Positions 1-8,361 of a stretch of 64,000 bases of DNA are shown piece by piece (within the stretch, counting starts at the first letter, position 1; every line of letters starts with the position of its first letter). Below the pieces are notes generated by a model. It made no database searches, had not been told where the DNA came from, and saw only the letters and a list, made by a program, of their open reading frames with translations. The position numbers and the translations under genes were made by a program. This DNA is from Methylophaga sp. UBA3192 (GTDB taxonomy: Bacteria > Pseudomonadota > Gammaproteobacteria > Nitrosococcales > Methylophagaceae), in assembly GCF_002363955.1 (NCBI RefSeq), contig NZ_DEXE01000008.1; one strand, given 5' to 3'.

Positions 1-66
1 GAATGCTCTACTAACACCTAAATAGTCTGCTGCTTGTTGTGAATTTAAAAGTTGTTCATTTGTCAT
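1..66 (-). CDS. First 22 codons of an AlpA/excisionase-type helix-turn-helix protein (gene runs off left edge)
   Basis: Reverse complement of 1-66 reads MTNEQLLNSQQAADYLGVSRAF. GGAG lies 8 nt upstream of the ATG (64-66). The QQAADYLGVS segment is a typical HTH_17/AlpA N-terminus. Absent from the ORF track because it is truncated. Confidence 0.5.
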   Translation of the reverse strand, partial: MTNEQLLNSQQAADYLGVSRAF

Positions 67-232
67 CTGGTTATCTCCGTGTGAATTAAACTGACGGAAA
101 CATCCTCAATCGAAAAACAACTAGATCCAACAGTTATTTTTCAAATCTCTTATAAGGGAATTATTTTTATTTTTGGTTAATTTTTGACCATTTTGAAAAT
201 GTTTTTGCGCAAAATGGGATCTACTAGCACAA

Positions 233-245
233 TGCATAATATGCA
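233..245. promoter_or_regulatory. 13-bp perfect palindrome TGCATAaTATGCA overlapping a CATAAT -10-like hexamer upstream of the GIY-YIG gene
   Basis: Read directly from the sequence. It lies 25 nt upstream of the ATG at 270. A role as operator is inference. Confidence 0.25.
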
Positions 246-269
246 GTAATTCGACACTAGGAAGAAAAT

Positions 270-1157
270 ATGGGTATTGGACGTACTATCAGAATTTATT
301 TGGACGATGGTGCGATCACGGGGATAAAGCATGCTGAGATTGTGAATTGGACAGGACAAGCGATTTCATCTCCTAGAACGCAAATTAAAACGCTTAGTGA
401 GTGGCCTGAATCTAAAAAGCCTGGTGTTTATTTCTTATTCGGTGTGGACGAAGAATCAGGTAGACAGGCTGCATATATTGGAGAAGCTGAAAATGTATAC
501 GACAGGCTACAAAACCATGCGCTTAATAAAGACTTCTGGAACGAAATAGTTTTTTTCACGAGCAAAGATGAAAATCTGACTAAGGCTCATGTGAAATACC
601 TCGAATCAAGGTTGCTTAGTCTTGCGAAATCAGCGAATCGATATGTGCTTCAAAATGGAAACGGCCCACAACTGCCAGTTTTACCTCGTGGTGATAGGGA
701 TTCGATGGAAGAATTTATCGGTAATTTACGAACACTGCTTGGAGTGGTTGGCCACAAAGTCCTCGAAGCTCCCGCAGGACATGAAAATGAAGCTCAGCAA
801 GTTGTTATTCCCAAGCCTGAGCAAGATATTTTGAATTTAAAACTTAGATTGAATGTTTCTGGAATATTAGCTTTCGCAGAAATTAGTGATGAGGGAATTG
901 TTGTCTTAAAAGGGTCGCAGTTATCCAGTAATACTAGAGAAAGTCTTGGTAATGGCTATAAAAAACTTAGAGATGAGCTAGTTTCTTCGGGAATAATTAC
1001 TGAACACGGCGGAAAACTAATTTTTACTTCGAATCAACTTTTTACTAGCCCTTCACAAGCTGCGGCAGTCATTGTTGGCTATTCTATTAATGGTCGAAAT
1101 CACTGGTGTGATGATTCTGGAAGAACACTCAAAAATTTAGAAGAACAAAATGTTTAG
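270..1157 (+). CDS. GIY-YIG nuclease-family protein with DUF4357-like C-terminal half
   Basis: 295-aa ORF with RBS AGGAAG. GIY-YIG core motifs are PGVYFLFG and AAYIGEAENVYDRLQNH, followed by KAHVKYLESRL. The C-terminal segment LVSSGII...FTSPSQAAAVIVGYSINGRNHW matches my recollection of DUF4357. Confidence 0.75.
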   Translation: MGIGRTIRIYLDDGAITGIKHAEIVNWTGQAISSPRTQIKTLSEWPESKKPGVYFLFGVDEESGRQAAYIGEAENVYDRLQNHALNKDFWNEIVFFTSKDENLTKAHVKYLESRLLSLAKSANRYVLQNGNGPQLPVLPRGDRDSMEEFIGNLRTLLGVVGHKVLEAPAGHENEAQQVVIPKPEQDILNLKLRLNVSGILAFAEISDEGIVVLKGSQLSSNTRESLGNGYKKLRDELVSSGIITEHGGKLIFTSNQLFTSPSQAAAVIVGYSINGRNHWCDDSGRTLKNLEEQNV

Positions 1158-1180
1158 GAAAGGATCTTCTAATGAAGGAT

Positions 1181-1609
1181 TCATGATTGTACATTTGTAT
1201 TAGCTTGCTTACTTTCCTGAAGGTTTTTTTGGTATTGTTTTTTTGCTTCATTTACTAATTTGCGTAATTTCCCACCCTTATATGCCGCAGCCATAGCCAT
1301 AAATCCAAAACCAAGAGAGCCAACCATGTTAGCCAAACTAAGCGGAGGGAGTGCTAGATATGCGATGAATGCGAGCATAAAAAACATATCTATGAAGTAG
1401 GATCGCATGGCTGCCAATTGGAGAAGCGTGCCATCAGAAGCAATTTCTTCAATTAGTCGTGTTCTCAATTCCTTTTTAGCAATAAACCTACCTCTGAGCT
1501 TTTTAAATTGGTTACTCAATAGCTTCTCTATAGGCGGGGAAATATATTTAGCCAATACCGAACCAACAATTCCAATTAGAAGTGAGTAAAAAGCAATATC
1601 AAAAGTCAT
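1181..1609 (-). CDS. Small integral membrane protein (about 3 TM segments), unknown function
   Basis: Start chosen at ATG 1609 (MTFDIAFYSLLIG...) because GAGGGA lies 7 nt upstream. The track ORF starts at 1636 with no SD. Hydrophobic segments are FYSLLIGIVGSVLA, FFMLAFIAYLALPPL and GSLGFGFMAMAAA. The start overlaps the integrase stop by 11 nt. Confidence 0.55.
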   Translation of the reverse strand: MTFDIAFYSLLIGIVGSVLAKYISPPIEKLLSNQFKKLRGRFIAKKELRTRLIEEIASDGTLLQLAAMRSYFIDMFFMLAFIAYLALPPLSLANMVGSLGFGFMAMAAAYKGGKLRKLVNEAKKQYQKNLQESKQANTNVQS

Positions 1610-2828
1610 CAGAGATCCCTCTTTTTTGGTTTCCATTCTGGTTATTATTCATGAATGATAAGAGTGAGTCAGTTATTTTTTGCATTGGCTCTCTTAGTCT
1701 ATCAACATTACTGATTATATAGCCTGCTGTAACATCTCTTGGATCTTTATGATTGACTAATCGTTTCAAAGCATAGGCAGGAATATCGATACTTTCTGCA
1801 ATCGTAAGGAACGTTCTTCTAAGGTCGTGAAGTGTAAAGTCTACTCCTGACAATTCAGAAACGCGAAGTAAAGACTTACGCGGATCTTGAATGTAACCAG
1901 TTTTCGAGTCACTTGGAAATACATAATAACCTTGTCTGGATTCGTATCTTCTTCGAAGTAATGCCTCTAAAAAATCAGATAAGGGGAGCGTGTGAGCTTC
2001 TCCATTCTTCGTTTCTTCAATGGTGAATGTCAGGTCTTCAAAATCAATTTGATGCCATTGTAGTTTTGCTGCTTCTGAGCGTCTTAGGCCAGTAAACAAC
2101 AGAAAATGAAGATAATCTCTGGTTGTTTCATAGTTTAGTTGAAGCGTGGCTTGATACCAGGCCGATAGCTGATGAGCTTTAATAAGCGTTTTACGTCTCT
2201 CAACTTTGTACCAGGCTCGAATTTGGCTCAGGCGTTCAACCGGATTAACCAAAATGATCGGGTTACCATTCGCATCTTCAAATTTGTTTTTGGCATGGTT
2301 GATAAAAGCTTTTAAAACTCTCATAGATCCGTCAGCTCTAGCATGGCTTTTTTTGCCTAACTCTCTATGCCGTTTTTCCACCATATCTTTAGTAATTTCA
2401 GCAATGGGTTTTGTCTGCCAATCAGCAAATGATGCATTTATGTGTCGGGTGTAATCATGAATAGTGCTATCACTGAGATCTTTACGAGTGGCTAAGTAAT
2501 CTCGAAAGACTTCTATCAAGGTAATTGAACGAGCATTCTTTTCTCTTTTTTCTGATAGGGGATCTCTGCCTGTGGCGACTTGCCCTAAAATGTTCATCGC
2601 TTGGGTACGTGCTTGTTCAACGGTTAAATTACCGTAGCGACCCAACGTAATGCGTTTAACACGGCCATTAATGCGTTTTTCAATGATGAAGGATTTAGCC
2701 CCATTACTGGTAATTCTCAGAGCAAACCCAGGAATAGAATCGTCTCGATAGAAGCTCTGTGTAGACACTTGACCAGGTTTTGGCGTGGGTGGAAGCGTCT
2801 TGTCTACAAATGATTTTGTGATCCTCAT
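1599..2828 (-). CDS. int: Tyrosine-type site-specific integrase, P4-like with DUF4102 arm-binding N-terminus
   Basis: 409 aa. The N-terminus FYRDDSIPGFALRITSNGAKSFI is DUF4102-like. The catalytic region has LLFTGLRRSE, HDLRRT and the nucleophile Tyr context TAGYI. Confidence 0.9.
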   Translation of the reverse strand: MRITKSFVDKTLPPTPKPGQVSTQSFYRDDSIPGFALRITSNGAKSFIIEKRINGRVKRITLGRYGNLTVEQARTQAMNILGQVATGRDPLSEKREKNARSITLIEVFRDYLATRKDLSDSTIHDYTRHINASFADWQTKPIAEITKDMVEKRHRELGKKSHARADGSMRVLKAFINHAKNKFEDANGNPIILVNPVERLSQIRAWYKVERRKTLIKAHQLSAWYQATLQLNYETTRDYLHFLLFTGLRRSEAAKLQWHQIDFEDLTFTIEETKNGEAHTLPLSDFLEALLRRRYESRQGYYVFPSDSKTGYIQDPRKSLLRVSELSGVDFTLHDLRRTFLTIAESIDIPAYALKRLVNHKDPRDVTAGYIISNVDRLREPMQKITDSLLSFMNNNQNGNQKRGISDDF

Positions 2829-2831
2829 GTG

Positions 2832-2958
2832 TGTCTACATGAGATATTTGTATTTAAAAACAATATGATATGGCTTATGTATGAAGGTTTTTGCACTTGT
2901 TTGAATCCTAGTCTTTGTAAAAAATCCCTTTGGGCCCCATGTAGACACTATGTAGACA
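2832..2958. repeat. Three copies of a 9-bp motif ATGTAGACA: tandem at 2939-2947 and 2950-2958, inverted at 2832-2840. Putative integrase arm-type sites.
   Basis: Exact 9-mers read from the sequence. The tandem pair has an 11-bp period. The inverted copy sits 4 nt upstream of the int start codon. Confidence 0.45.
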
Positions 2959-3077
2959 GTAGCGCTCAAATAATAGCGATTTTATGCAAAAAATGTCAAA
3001 CTCGAATACGTGCGAAAATTAGTTAAGTGAATGATATTAAAAGACTATCAAAGAATTTCAAGTTTAGGCCCATAATT

Positions 3078-3122
3078 CTCATAATCCCTTGGTCCCAGGT
3101 TCGAGTCCTGGTGGGCCCACCA
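3078..3122 (+). tRNA. 3' part only of a CAU-anticodon tRNA (anticodon loop to CCA). Not an intact gene; likely att-site remnant.
   Basis: From 3078: CTCATAA (anticodon loop), TCCCT, TGGTC, CCAGG-TTCGAGT-CCTGG (T arm), TGGGCCC, A, CCA. The required 5' anticodon-stem strand AGGGA and the D arm are absent upstream. Confidence 0.6.
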
Positions 3123-3130
3123 ATTAAATC

Positions 3131-3168
3131 AAAGCCTTAGCGTTAATTTTAGCGCTAAGGCTTTTTTA
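3131..3168. terminator. Rho-independent terminator hairpin
   Basis: AGCCTTAGCG, a 10-nt loop, then CGCTAAGGCT followed by TTTTTT. It directly follows the tRNA CCA end and overlaps the last codons of tpiA on the other strand. Confidence 0.6.
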
Positions 3169-4012
3169 TTGATTGGATGCTAATATGGCCGGGCTGGCAA
3201 GTGTAGGATTGAGTCGCGGCAAAGCAGATTTGAATAAATTGCTCAGCGTCGAGTGAGGCGCCACCGATAAGGCCTCCGTCAACATCTGCTTGGCAGAAGA
3301 TTGCTGCAGCATTATGGGCTTTAACGCTACCACCATAAATAATTCGAACAGTTTCACTGCTGGCTACATCATGTCTGGCAATTCGTTGGCGCATAAAGCT
3401 GTGTACACTCTGAGCCCATTCCGGGGTAGCGGATTTGCCGGAGCCGATAGCCCAGACAGGTTCATAGGCCAGCACAACATTGGCTAATGCTTTTGGACCT
3501 TTATGAGCAATTAAAACATCCAGTAAGCGAGCAATCACTTCTTCTGTTTTGCCTGACTCATAGTCATCTTCGGTTTCGCCAATACAGATAATCGGGGTGA
3601 GATCATTGTTGATTGCCTGGGCATACTTTTCAGCGACGATCTGATCTAAAACATACTGATCGAGTTCCAACTTTTCATACAGGCAACGACGTTCCGAGTG
3701 GCCAATTAAAACGTAGTGACAACCAAAGCCTTTAATCATTGAAGCCGAAATCTCACCGGTATAAGGCCCTTCATCGTAGGCTGAGACATTTTGGGTGCCC
3801 CATTGAAGTCTGGAACCGGACAGGACTTCCTGTGCTTCTCTGAGATACACCGATGGCGGAAACAGAGCGATATCTATTGGTAAAGCGTTCTCACTGCTGG
3901 ACAGGATGCTGTCGAGCATATGGGCGCTGTGTAAAATATTCTGGAGTAATGTTCGCGGGCTTTCGGTTGGATTGTTCATTTTCCAATTTCCGGCCACCAG
4001 TGGTTTACGCAT
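3155..4012 (-). CDS. tpiA: Triosephosphate isomerase
   Basis: Motifs MRKPLVAGNWKMN, IGHSERR, AYEPVWAIGSGKSATP and IIYGGSV. Confidence 0.9.
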   Translation of the reverse strand: MRKPLVAGNWKMNNPTESPRTLLQNILHSAHMLDSILSSSENALPIDIALFPPSVYLREAQEVLSGSRLQWGTQNVSAYDEGPYTGEISASMIKGFGCHYVLIGHSERRCLYEKLELDQYVLDQIVAEKYAQAINNDLTPIICIGETEDDYESGKTEEVIARLLDVLIAHKGPKALANVVLAYEPVWAIGSGKSATPEWAQSVHSFMRQRIARHDVASSETVRIIYGGSVKAHNAAAIFCQADVDGGLIGGASLDAEQFIQICFAATQSYTCQPGHISIQSIKKP

Positions 4013-4056
4013 AATGTTTACACCTTAGATAAAACGATTTTGAACAATGGTTCTGT

Positions 4057-5061
4057 TTACTTTTGCAGATGGTAATCAATCACCCGTTCAACTTCATTTT
4101 TTGAGCCGAGAATGACTGGTACACGTTGATGAATACTCTCAGGCTGAATATCCAGAATACGTTGTCGACCCGTTGAGCAAAGACCTCCGGCCTGCTCAAT
4201 AATAAAGCCAATGGGATTGGCTTCATACATCAACCGCAATTTGCCGCCTTTATCTGGCTCACGCTGATCAAGCGGGTAAAGGAAGATGCCGCCACGGGTC
4301 AGAATTCGATAAGCCTCAGCGACCATGGAAGCGACCCAGCGCATATTAAAATCCTTGCCGCGGGGACCTTGCCGGCCTTGCATGCATTCATCAATGTAAC
4401 GTTGCACAGATGCTTCCCAGAAACGCTGGTTGGACATATTGATGGCAAATTCCTGCGAATCTTCGGGAATGGTCATATTGCGATGGGTCAGCACGAATTC
4501 CCCGATATCCGGATCCAGCGTAAAGCCATTAACGCCATGTCCAGTAGTCAGAATCATCAGGGTTGAAGGACCATATAATACAAAACCCGCACACACCTGC
4601 TGGCTGCCTGATTGGAGAAAATCTTCCAGGCTGGCATTACAGCCTTCGCGACCCTTTAATATTGAAAAGATAGTGCCCACGGTCAGGTTGATATCAATAT
4701 TCGAGGATCCATCCAACGGATCAAACAGAGCAAGATATTTTCCCTTGGGGAAATGCCCGGGTATGGCAATCGGCTCATCGATTTCTTCAGAGACCATGCC
4801 ACTCAGGTGGCCGGTCCACTCCAGCGCATCAACCATGATGTCGTTGGTAATAATGTCCAATTGTTTTTGAGTTTCACCTTGCACATTTTCACTCTCGGCA
4901 CTGCCAAGCTGACCCGTCATTGCACCACGGCTGACGGCATGTGCAATACGCTTGCAAGCACTGGCAATATCACTCAGTAACATGGTGAAATCACCAGATG
5001 CGTTGGGAATGCTGCGTTGTTGCTCAATGATAAATTGGGTCAAGCTGATATGTGGCTTCAT
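4057..5061 (-). CDS. fbp: Fructose-1,6-bisphosphatase class 1
   Basis: 334 aa. Motifs [17 protein letters not shown] and [14 protein letters not shown]. Confidence 0.92.
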   Translation of the reverse strand: MKPHISLTQFIIEQQRSIPNASGDFTMLLSDIASACKRIAHAVSRGAMTGQLGSAESENVQGETQKQLDIITNDIMVDALEWTGHLSGMVSEEIDEPIAIPGHFPKGKYLALFDPLDGSSNIDINLTVGTIFSILKGREGCNASLEDFLQSGSQQVCAGFVLYGPSTLMILTTGHGVNGFTLDPDIGEFVLTHRNMTIPEDSQEFAINMSNQRFWEASVQRYIDECMQGRQGPRGKDFNMRWVASMVAEAYRILTRGGIFLYPLDQREPDKGGKLRLMYEANPIGFIIEQAGGLCSTGRQRILDIQPESIHQRVPVILGSKNEVERVIDYHLQK

Positions 5062-5141
5062 GGTTGTTATCCTTAAAAAACGGTTACGCCATTTACTGCC
5101 AATGCCAAAGTAAAAAGGCAGAGATTTGTTACCGAGAGAAA

Positions 5142-6212
5142 TCAGATACCTTTTGGGGAAAGCTCTCCGGAGGCATAACGTTTCACCATTTTTTCCAGTG
5201 AAATCACTTTGATTTTGCTGGCATGCCCGGCACTACCGAAAGCTTCATAGCGGGATTGGCAGATAGCCTGCATTGCCGTGGTAGCGGCTTTATAGAATTT
5301 ACGGGGGTCAAAATCGCTGGCATATTCCGGCTGGCCCAGATACTGTCGAATTGCACCAGTGGTGGCCATACGTAAATCGGTATCAATATTGACTTTGCGT
5401 ACGCCAAATTTAATGCCTGAGACGATCTCTTCAACCGGCACACCATAGGTTTGAGCAATATCACCACCATAATTATTAATGATTTGCAGCCAGTCCTGCG
5501 GGACTGAACTGGAACCATGCATGACAAAATGCGTATTTGGCAGGCGTTGTTGAAGCTTTTGCAGATGACTGATGGCTAAAACATCAGCTGTTGGTGGCTT
5601 GCTGAATTTATAGGCACCATGGCTGGTACCGATGGCAACAGCCAGCGCATCGACATGCGTTTGTCTGATGAATTCAACAGCTTCATCCGGATCAGTCAAT
5701 AACTGACTGTGATCCAGTTTGTCATCAGAACCATGGCCATCTTCTTCACCCATCATGCCAGTTTCCAGGGAACCCAGACAGCCAAGTTCGCCTTCCACAG
5801 AAACACCACAGGCATGCGCCATTTCAACCACTCTTCGGGTAACATCGACGTTATAGTCAAAAGACGAAGGTGTTTTCATATCGCTCATCAAAGAGCCATC
5901 CATCATCACTGAGCTAAAGCCGGATTGGATAGAGCGTGCACAGACTGCAGGCTCGGATCCATGATCCTGATGCATCACCACAGGCAGATGTGGATATTGT
6001 TCTATCGCAGCAAGAATCAAATGGCGCAGAAAGGGTTCACCGGCATAGGAGCGGGAACCGGCCGATCCCTGCAGAATAACAGGACTGTCGACAGCGTCAG
6101 CTGCCTGCATAATAGCCTGGACCTGCTCCATATTGCTGACATTAAAAGCCGGAATCGCGAACTGGTGTTCAGCAGCATAATCCAGCAGTTGTCGCATTGA
6201 TATTAACGCCAT
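5142..6212 (-). CDS. fba: Class II fructose-bisphosphate aldolase (CbbA-like long form)
   Basis: 356 aa. Motifs [25 protein letters not shown] and HGSSSVP. Confidence 0.92.
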   Translation of the reverse strand: MALISMRQLLDYAAEHQFAIPAFNVSNMEQVQAIMQAADAVDSPVILQGSAGSRSYAGEPFLRHLILAAIEQYPHLPVVMHQDHGSEPAVCARSIQSGFSSVMMDGSLMSDMKTPSSFDYNVDVTRRVVEMAHACGVSVEGELGCLGSLETGMMGEEDGHGSDDKLDHSQLLTDPDEAVEFIRQTHVDALAVAIGTSHGAYKFSKPPTADVLAISHLQKLQQRLPNTHFVMHGSSSVPQDWLQIINNYGGDIAQTYGVPVEEIVSGIKFGVRKVNIDTDLRMATTGAIRQYLGQPEYASDFDPRKFYKAATTAMQAICQSRYEAFGSAGHASKIKVISLEKMVKRYASGELSPKGI

Positions 6213-6396
6213 AAGCCTACCTTTTTATTTTGCAAATCAGAGGGTTTTTGAAGCAGGACTCGAGCTGAAACTGATTTTAGCCAGCATCGACCTTGCCTGA
6301 ATATAAACCATAGGCAGTTTAGGCATATTTTTTTGATAAAAAGAAGTTAGATGTTTTTATGAAGCGTATAAGAAAAAGTTATACGAACGAGCAAGG

Positions 6397-6933
6397 CTAA
6401 CGATTGGACAATAGTCGAATACTGTCCTGAGCATTCATTGATTGCGCCAGACTCATTGCTGTCATGCCATCGGCGGACTGTAAATCAGCATTAGCACCAT
6501 GAGAGAGTAATAATTCCATCATTGCTGTTTGATTGAACATAGCTGCAAACATCAGAGATGTTTTTCCATCTGGGGTGGTGGCATTAACATCAGCACCATG
6601 TTCTATCAGTATTCGAGCAATATTTACATATCCTTTAAAAGCGACACCTGCCAGCGGTGTTTGGTGACGTAAATTAGCCAGTTCCGGATCGGCACCGTGT
6701 TGTAGTAAAAGTCGGGTCATCGTTTCATGCCCATTATAGGCGGCCAGCATTAACAGGCTGTTGCCATTTCTGTCACGAATATTGGGAGCCAAGCCCAGTT
6801 CCAGCGGTTTTCTTAATACTTCGACATTACCCTGGCGGGCCAGGTCAAACAGCTGTTGCGCCAGTGCCAGAGTTTCATCATCTAGTGAAGGCTTTTGTGT
6901 TTCTTCAGGTTCATTCACGGGGTAATCCTTCAT
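6397..6933 (-). CDS. Ankyrin-repeat protein
   Basis: Four repeats of the G-x-TPL/SLLM-AA-x-GH-x-x-x-LLL-x-GAD type. Confidence 0.85.
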   Translation of the reverse strand: MKDYPVNEPEETQKPSLDDETLALAQQLFDLARQGNVEVLRKPLELGLAPNIRDRNGNSLLMLAAYNGHETMTRLLLQHGADPELANLRHQTPLAGVAFKGYVNIARILIEHGADVNATTPDGKTSLMFAAMFNQTAMMELLLSHGANADLQSADGMTAMSLAQSMNAQDSIRLLSNR

Positions 6934-7090
6934 TTATTTGTCAGAGACAAATCTGATCACGATAGGTTAAGCAACAGCCAGGTGGGAAGTCGTTTATGCT
7001 TTGATTAAACACAGGTTAAGGTGGATTACTGAAGTGTGTCTATAATTAAACCCAATGGAGTAATCAACAAAGCAAATCAAAGGAAACACA

Positions 7091-7264
7091 ATGGCTTTTA
7101 CCGCGACCGATCCAATCAAAATTCTGTTTGCTATTTTACTTCCGCCTTTAGGGGTATTTCTGGAAGTTGGCTTTAAAGGGCATTTCTGGTTAAGTATCTT
7201 GCTCACACTGCTGGGGTTCATTCCAGGCATTATTCACGCCCTGTACGTTATTCTGAAGCATTAA
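7091..7264 (+). CDS. Pmp3/YqaE-family small membrane proteolipid (57 aa)
   Basis: Translated by eye: MAFTATDPIKILFAILLPPLGVFLEVGFKGHFWLSILLTLLGFIPGIIHALYVILKH. AGGAAA lies upstream. Too short for the ORF track; track ORF 6994..7230(-) is its antisense shadow. Confidence 0.8.
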   Translation: MAFTATDPIKILFAILLPPLGVFLEVGFKGHFWLSILLTLLGFIPGIIHALYVILKH

Positions 7265-7274
7265 TCAGCAATCA

Positions 7275-7316
7275 TAAAAAAAGCCCGGCTAACTTTAAGT
7301 GTCAGCCGGGCTTTAT
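7275..7316. terminator. Bidirectional terminator between convergent small genes
   Basis: AAAAAA, AGCCCGGCT, a 13-nt loop, then AGCCGGGCT and TTT. Confidence 0.55.
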
Positions 7317-7329
7317 CATTATACAAAAC

Positions 7330-7470
7330 CTAGTAGTTTTTATTTTCTCTTGCTGATTCTTCTACTGCACTGCCTGCTGCCTCTACATCTTTACCTGCAC
7401 CTTCGATGGTGTTGCAGGCCGATAAGCCGAAGATAAAAAATAACGATAAAAATGCTGCTGTAATTTTCAT
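7330..7470 (-). CDS. Entericidin A/B-family small lipoprotein (46 aa)
   Basis: Translated by eye: MKITAAFLSLFFIFGLSACNTIEGAGKDVEAAGSAVEESARENKNY. It has lipobox LSAC and the entericidin-like CNT-x-EG-x-GKD pattern. Confidence 0.75.
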   Translation of the reverse strand: MKITAAFLSLFFIFGLSACNTIEGAGKDVEAAGSAVEESARENKNY

Positions 7471-7753
7471 ACATATTTCCTTAATTCAATTGAAATGGAG
7501 TTGAAAAAAGACTGAAGCAAAGTTCAATCTTTAATGTATAGATCGAGCGGTGGGACATCGCTTTCAGTCATTCCCAACGTTATAGCTACATTTGTTTATT
7601 GTATTTTCTTCACCCTGCGTCTATTAATGCCGATCAATTTGGTTGCAGTCAAATCAAAAGAGTTATTTTTTGCTAGATAAGAAGATGCCGCAACATTAAC
7701 AAGTAAATCCAAAGCTAATTTTTGTTGTTAGAATGTGTTCAAATCTTAAAAAA

Positions 7754-7769
7754 TGTGACAGAGTTCACA
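7754..7769. promoter_or_regulatory. Perfect CRP/Vfr-type box TGTGA-N6-TCACA
   Basis: TGTGACAGAGTTCACA, 128 nt upstream of the FecR-domain gene start. Confidence 0.45.
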
Positions 7770-7896
7770 TAGTGTTGGCGATAGCCTTTCGAGCCATAGG
7801 CCGCATACAAGGCTGAGCAATAAAATTAATGGGATTTGTTTCGCCATAAGCTTTAGCTGAAAACTCAAACTGGTTTGACCAATGGATGGTTAAAGA

Positions 7897-8361
7897 ATGA
7901 TGTTGTCAAAAAAAATAGCGTTAACTCTATTTTCATGCTCACTGCTATTTTCGTCGGCATTGCACGCGCAAAGTGTAGGAGTCGTAAAGACATTAGTGGG
8001 AAACGTACAACTGATCCGAGCGGGTGAACCGGTTAAGGTTGTTTTGGGCGATGAAATCCACATTGCTGACAAACTGCAAACAGACAGCGATAGTAGTGTG
8101 GGGATTTTGTTTAGCGACGATACCCGCTTGGGTGCAGGTCCAAATACCCTGTTCTCAATTGATGTTTATCAGTTTGATAACGTCACCCAAAGGGGACTGG
8201 CAGATTTATCTGTAGAAAATGGAACACTCGCATTAGTGGGAGGGAAATTAACGGCAAAAAACCTTGATGCCATTAAAGTGCATACTCCAACCACGATGCT
8301 GGCGGCTTCATGTTCAACATTATCCGTAAAAGTTAATCAACTCATTAAAGAAGCGCCATGA
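7897..8361 (+). CDS. Secreted FecR-domain protein
   Basis: Signal peptide ...LFSSALHA/QS. VGNVQLIRAGEPVKVVLGDEIHIADKLQTDSDSSVGILFSDDTRL resembles the FecR/PupR sensor fold. The stop overlaps the next start (ATGA). Confidence 0.7.
   Translation: MMLSKKIALTLFSCSLLFSSALHAQSVGVVKTLVGNVQLIRAGEPVKVVLGDEIHIADKLQTDSDSSVGILFSDDTRLGAGPNTLFSIDVYQFDNVTQRGLADLSVENGTLALVGGKLTAKNLDAIKVHTPTTMLAASCSTLSVKVNQLIKEAP

Larger units (their letters stand above)
1..3122. mobile_element. Integrase-proximal end of a tRNA-targeting genomic island (continues beyond left edge)
   Basis: Contains a tyrosine integrase, an AlpA-like HTH, cargo genes, arm-type repeats and a tRNA 3' fragment. The fragment is followed directly by a native-looking terminator and housekeeping genes. 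Confidence 0.6.

Noticed and set aside
3047-3122. Calling a complete 76-nt tRNA gene ending at the CCA (3122)
   Set aside because: Only the anticodon loop through the CCA fits a cloverleaf. The positions where the 5' acceptor strand, D arm and 5' anticodon stem should lie (3047-3077) cannot pair with the 3' half.
2829-3122. tmRNA (ssrA) as the integration target
   Set aside because: The region upstream of the T arm is AT-rich. It has no tag-peptide reading frame or pseudoknot-like GC helices. The acceptor would lack the G3:U70 pair expected for alanine charging.
3155-3230. tpiA as a 3'-damaged pseudogene. Its last codons read through the tRNA terminator hairpin, and the C-terminal tail is about 13 aa longer than in E. 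coli.
   Set aside because: All catalytic motifs are intact and the frame is uninterrupted. The longer tail is more simply a lineage-specific extension.
6994-7230. 78-aa minus-strand ORF
   Set aside because: It is the antisense shadow of the Pmp3/YqaE gene at 7091-7264, which has a clear family signature and an RBS.
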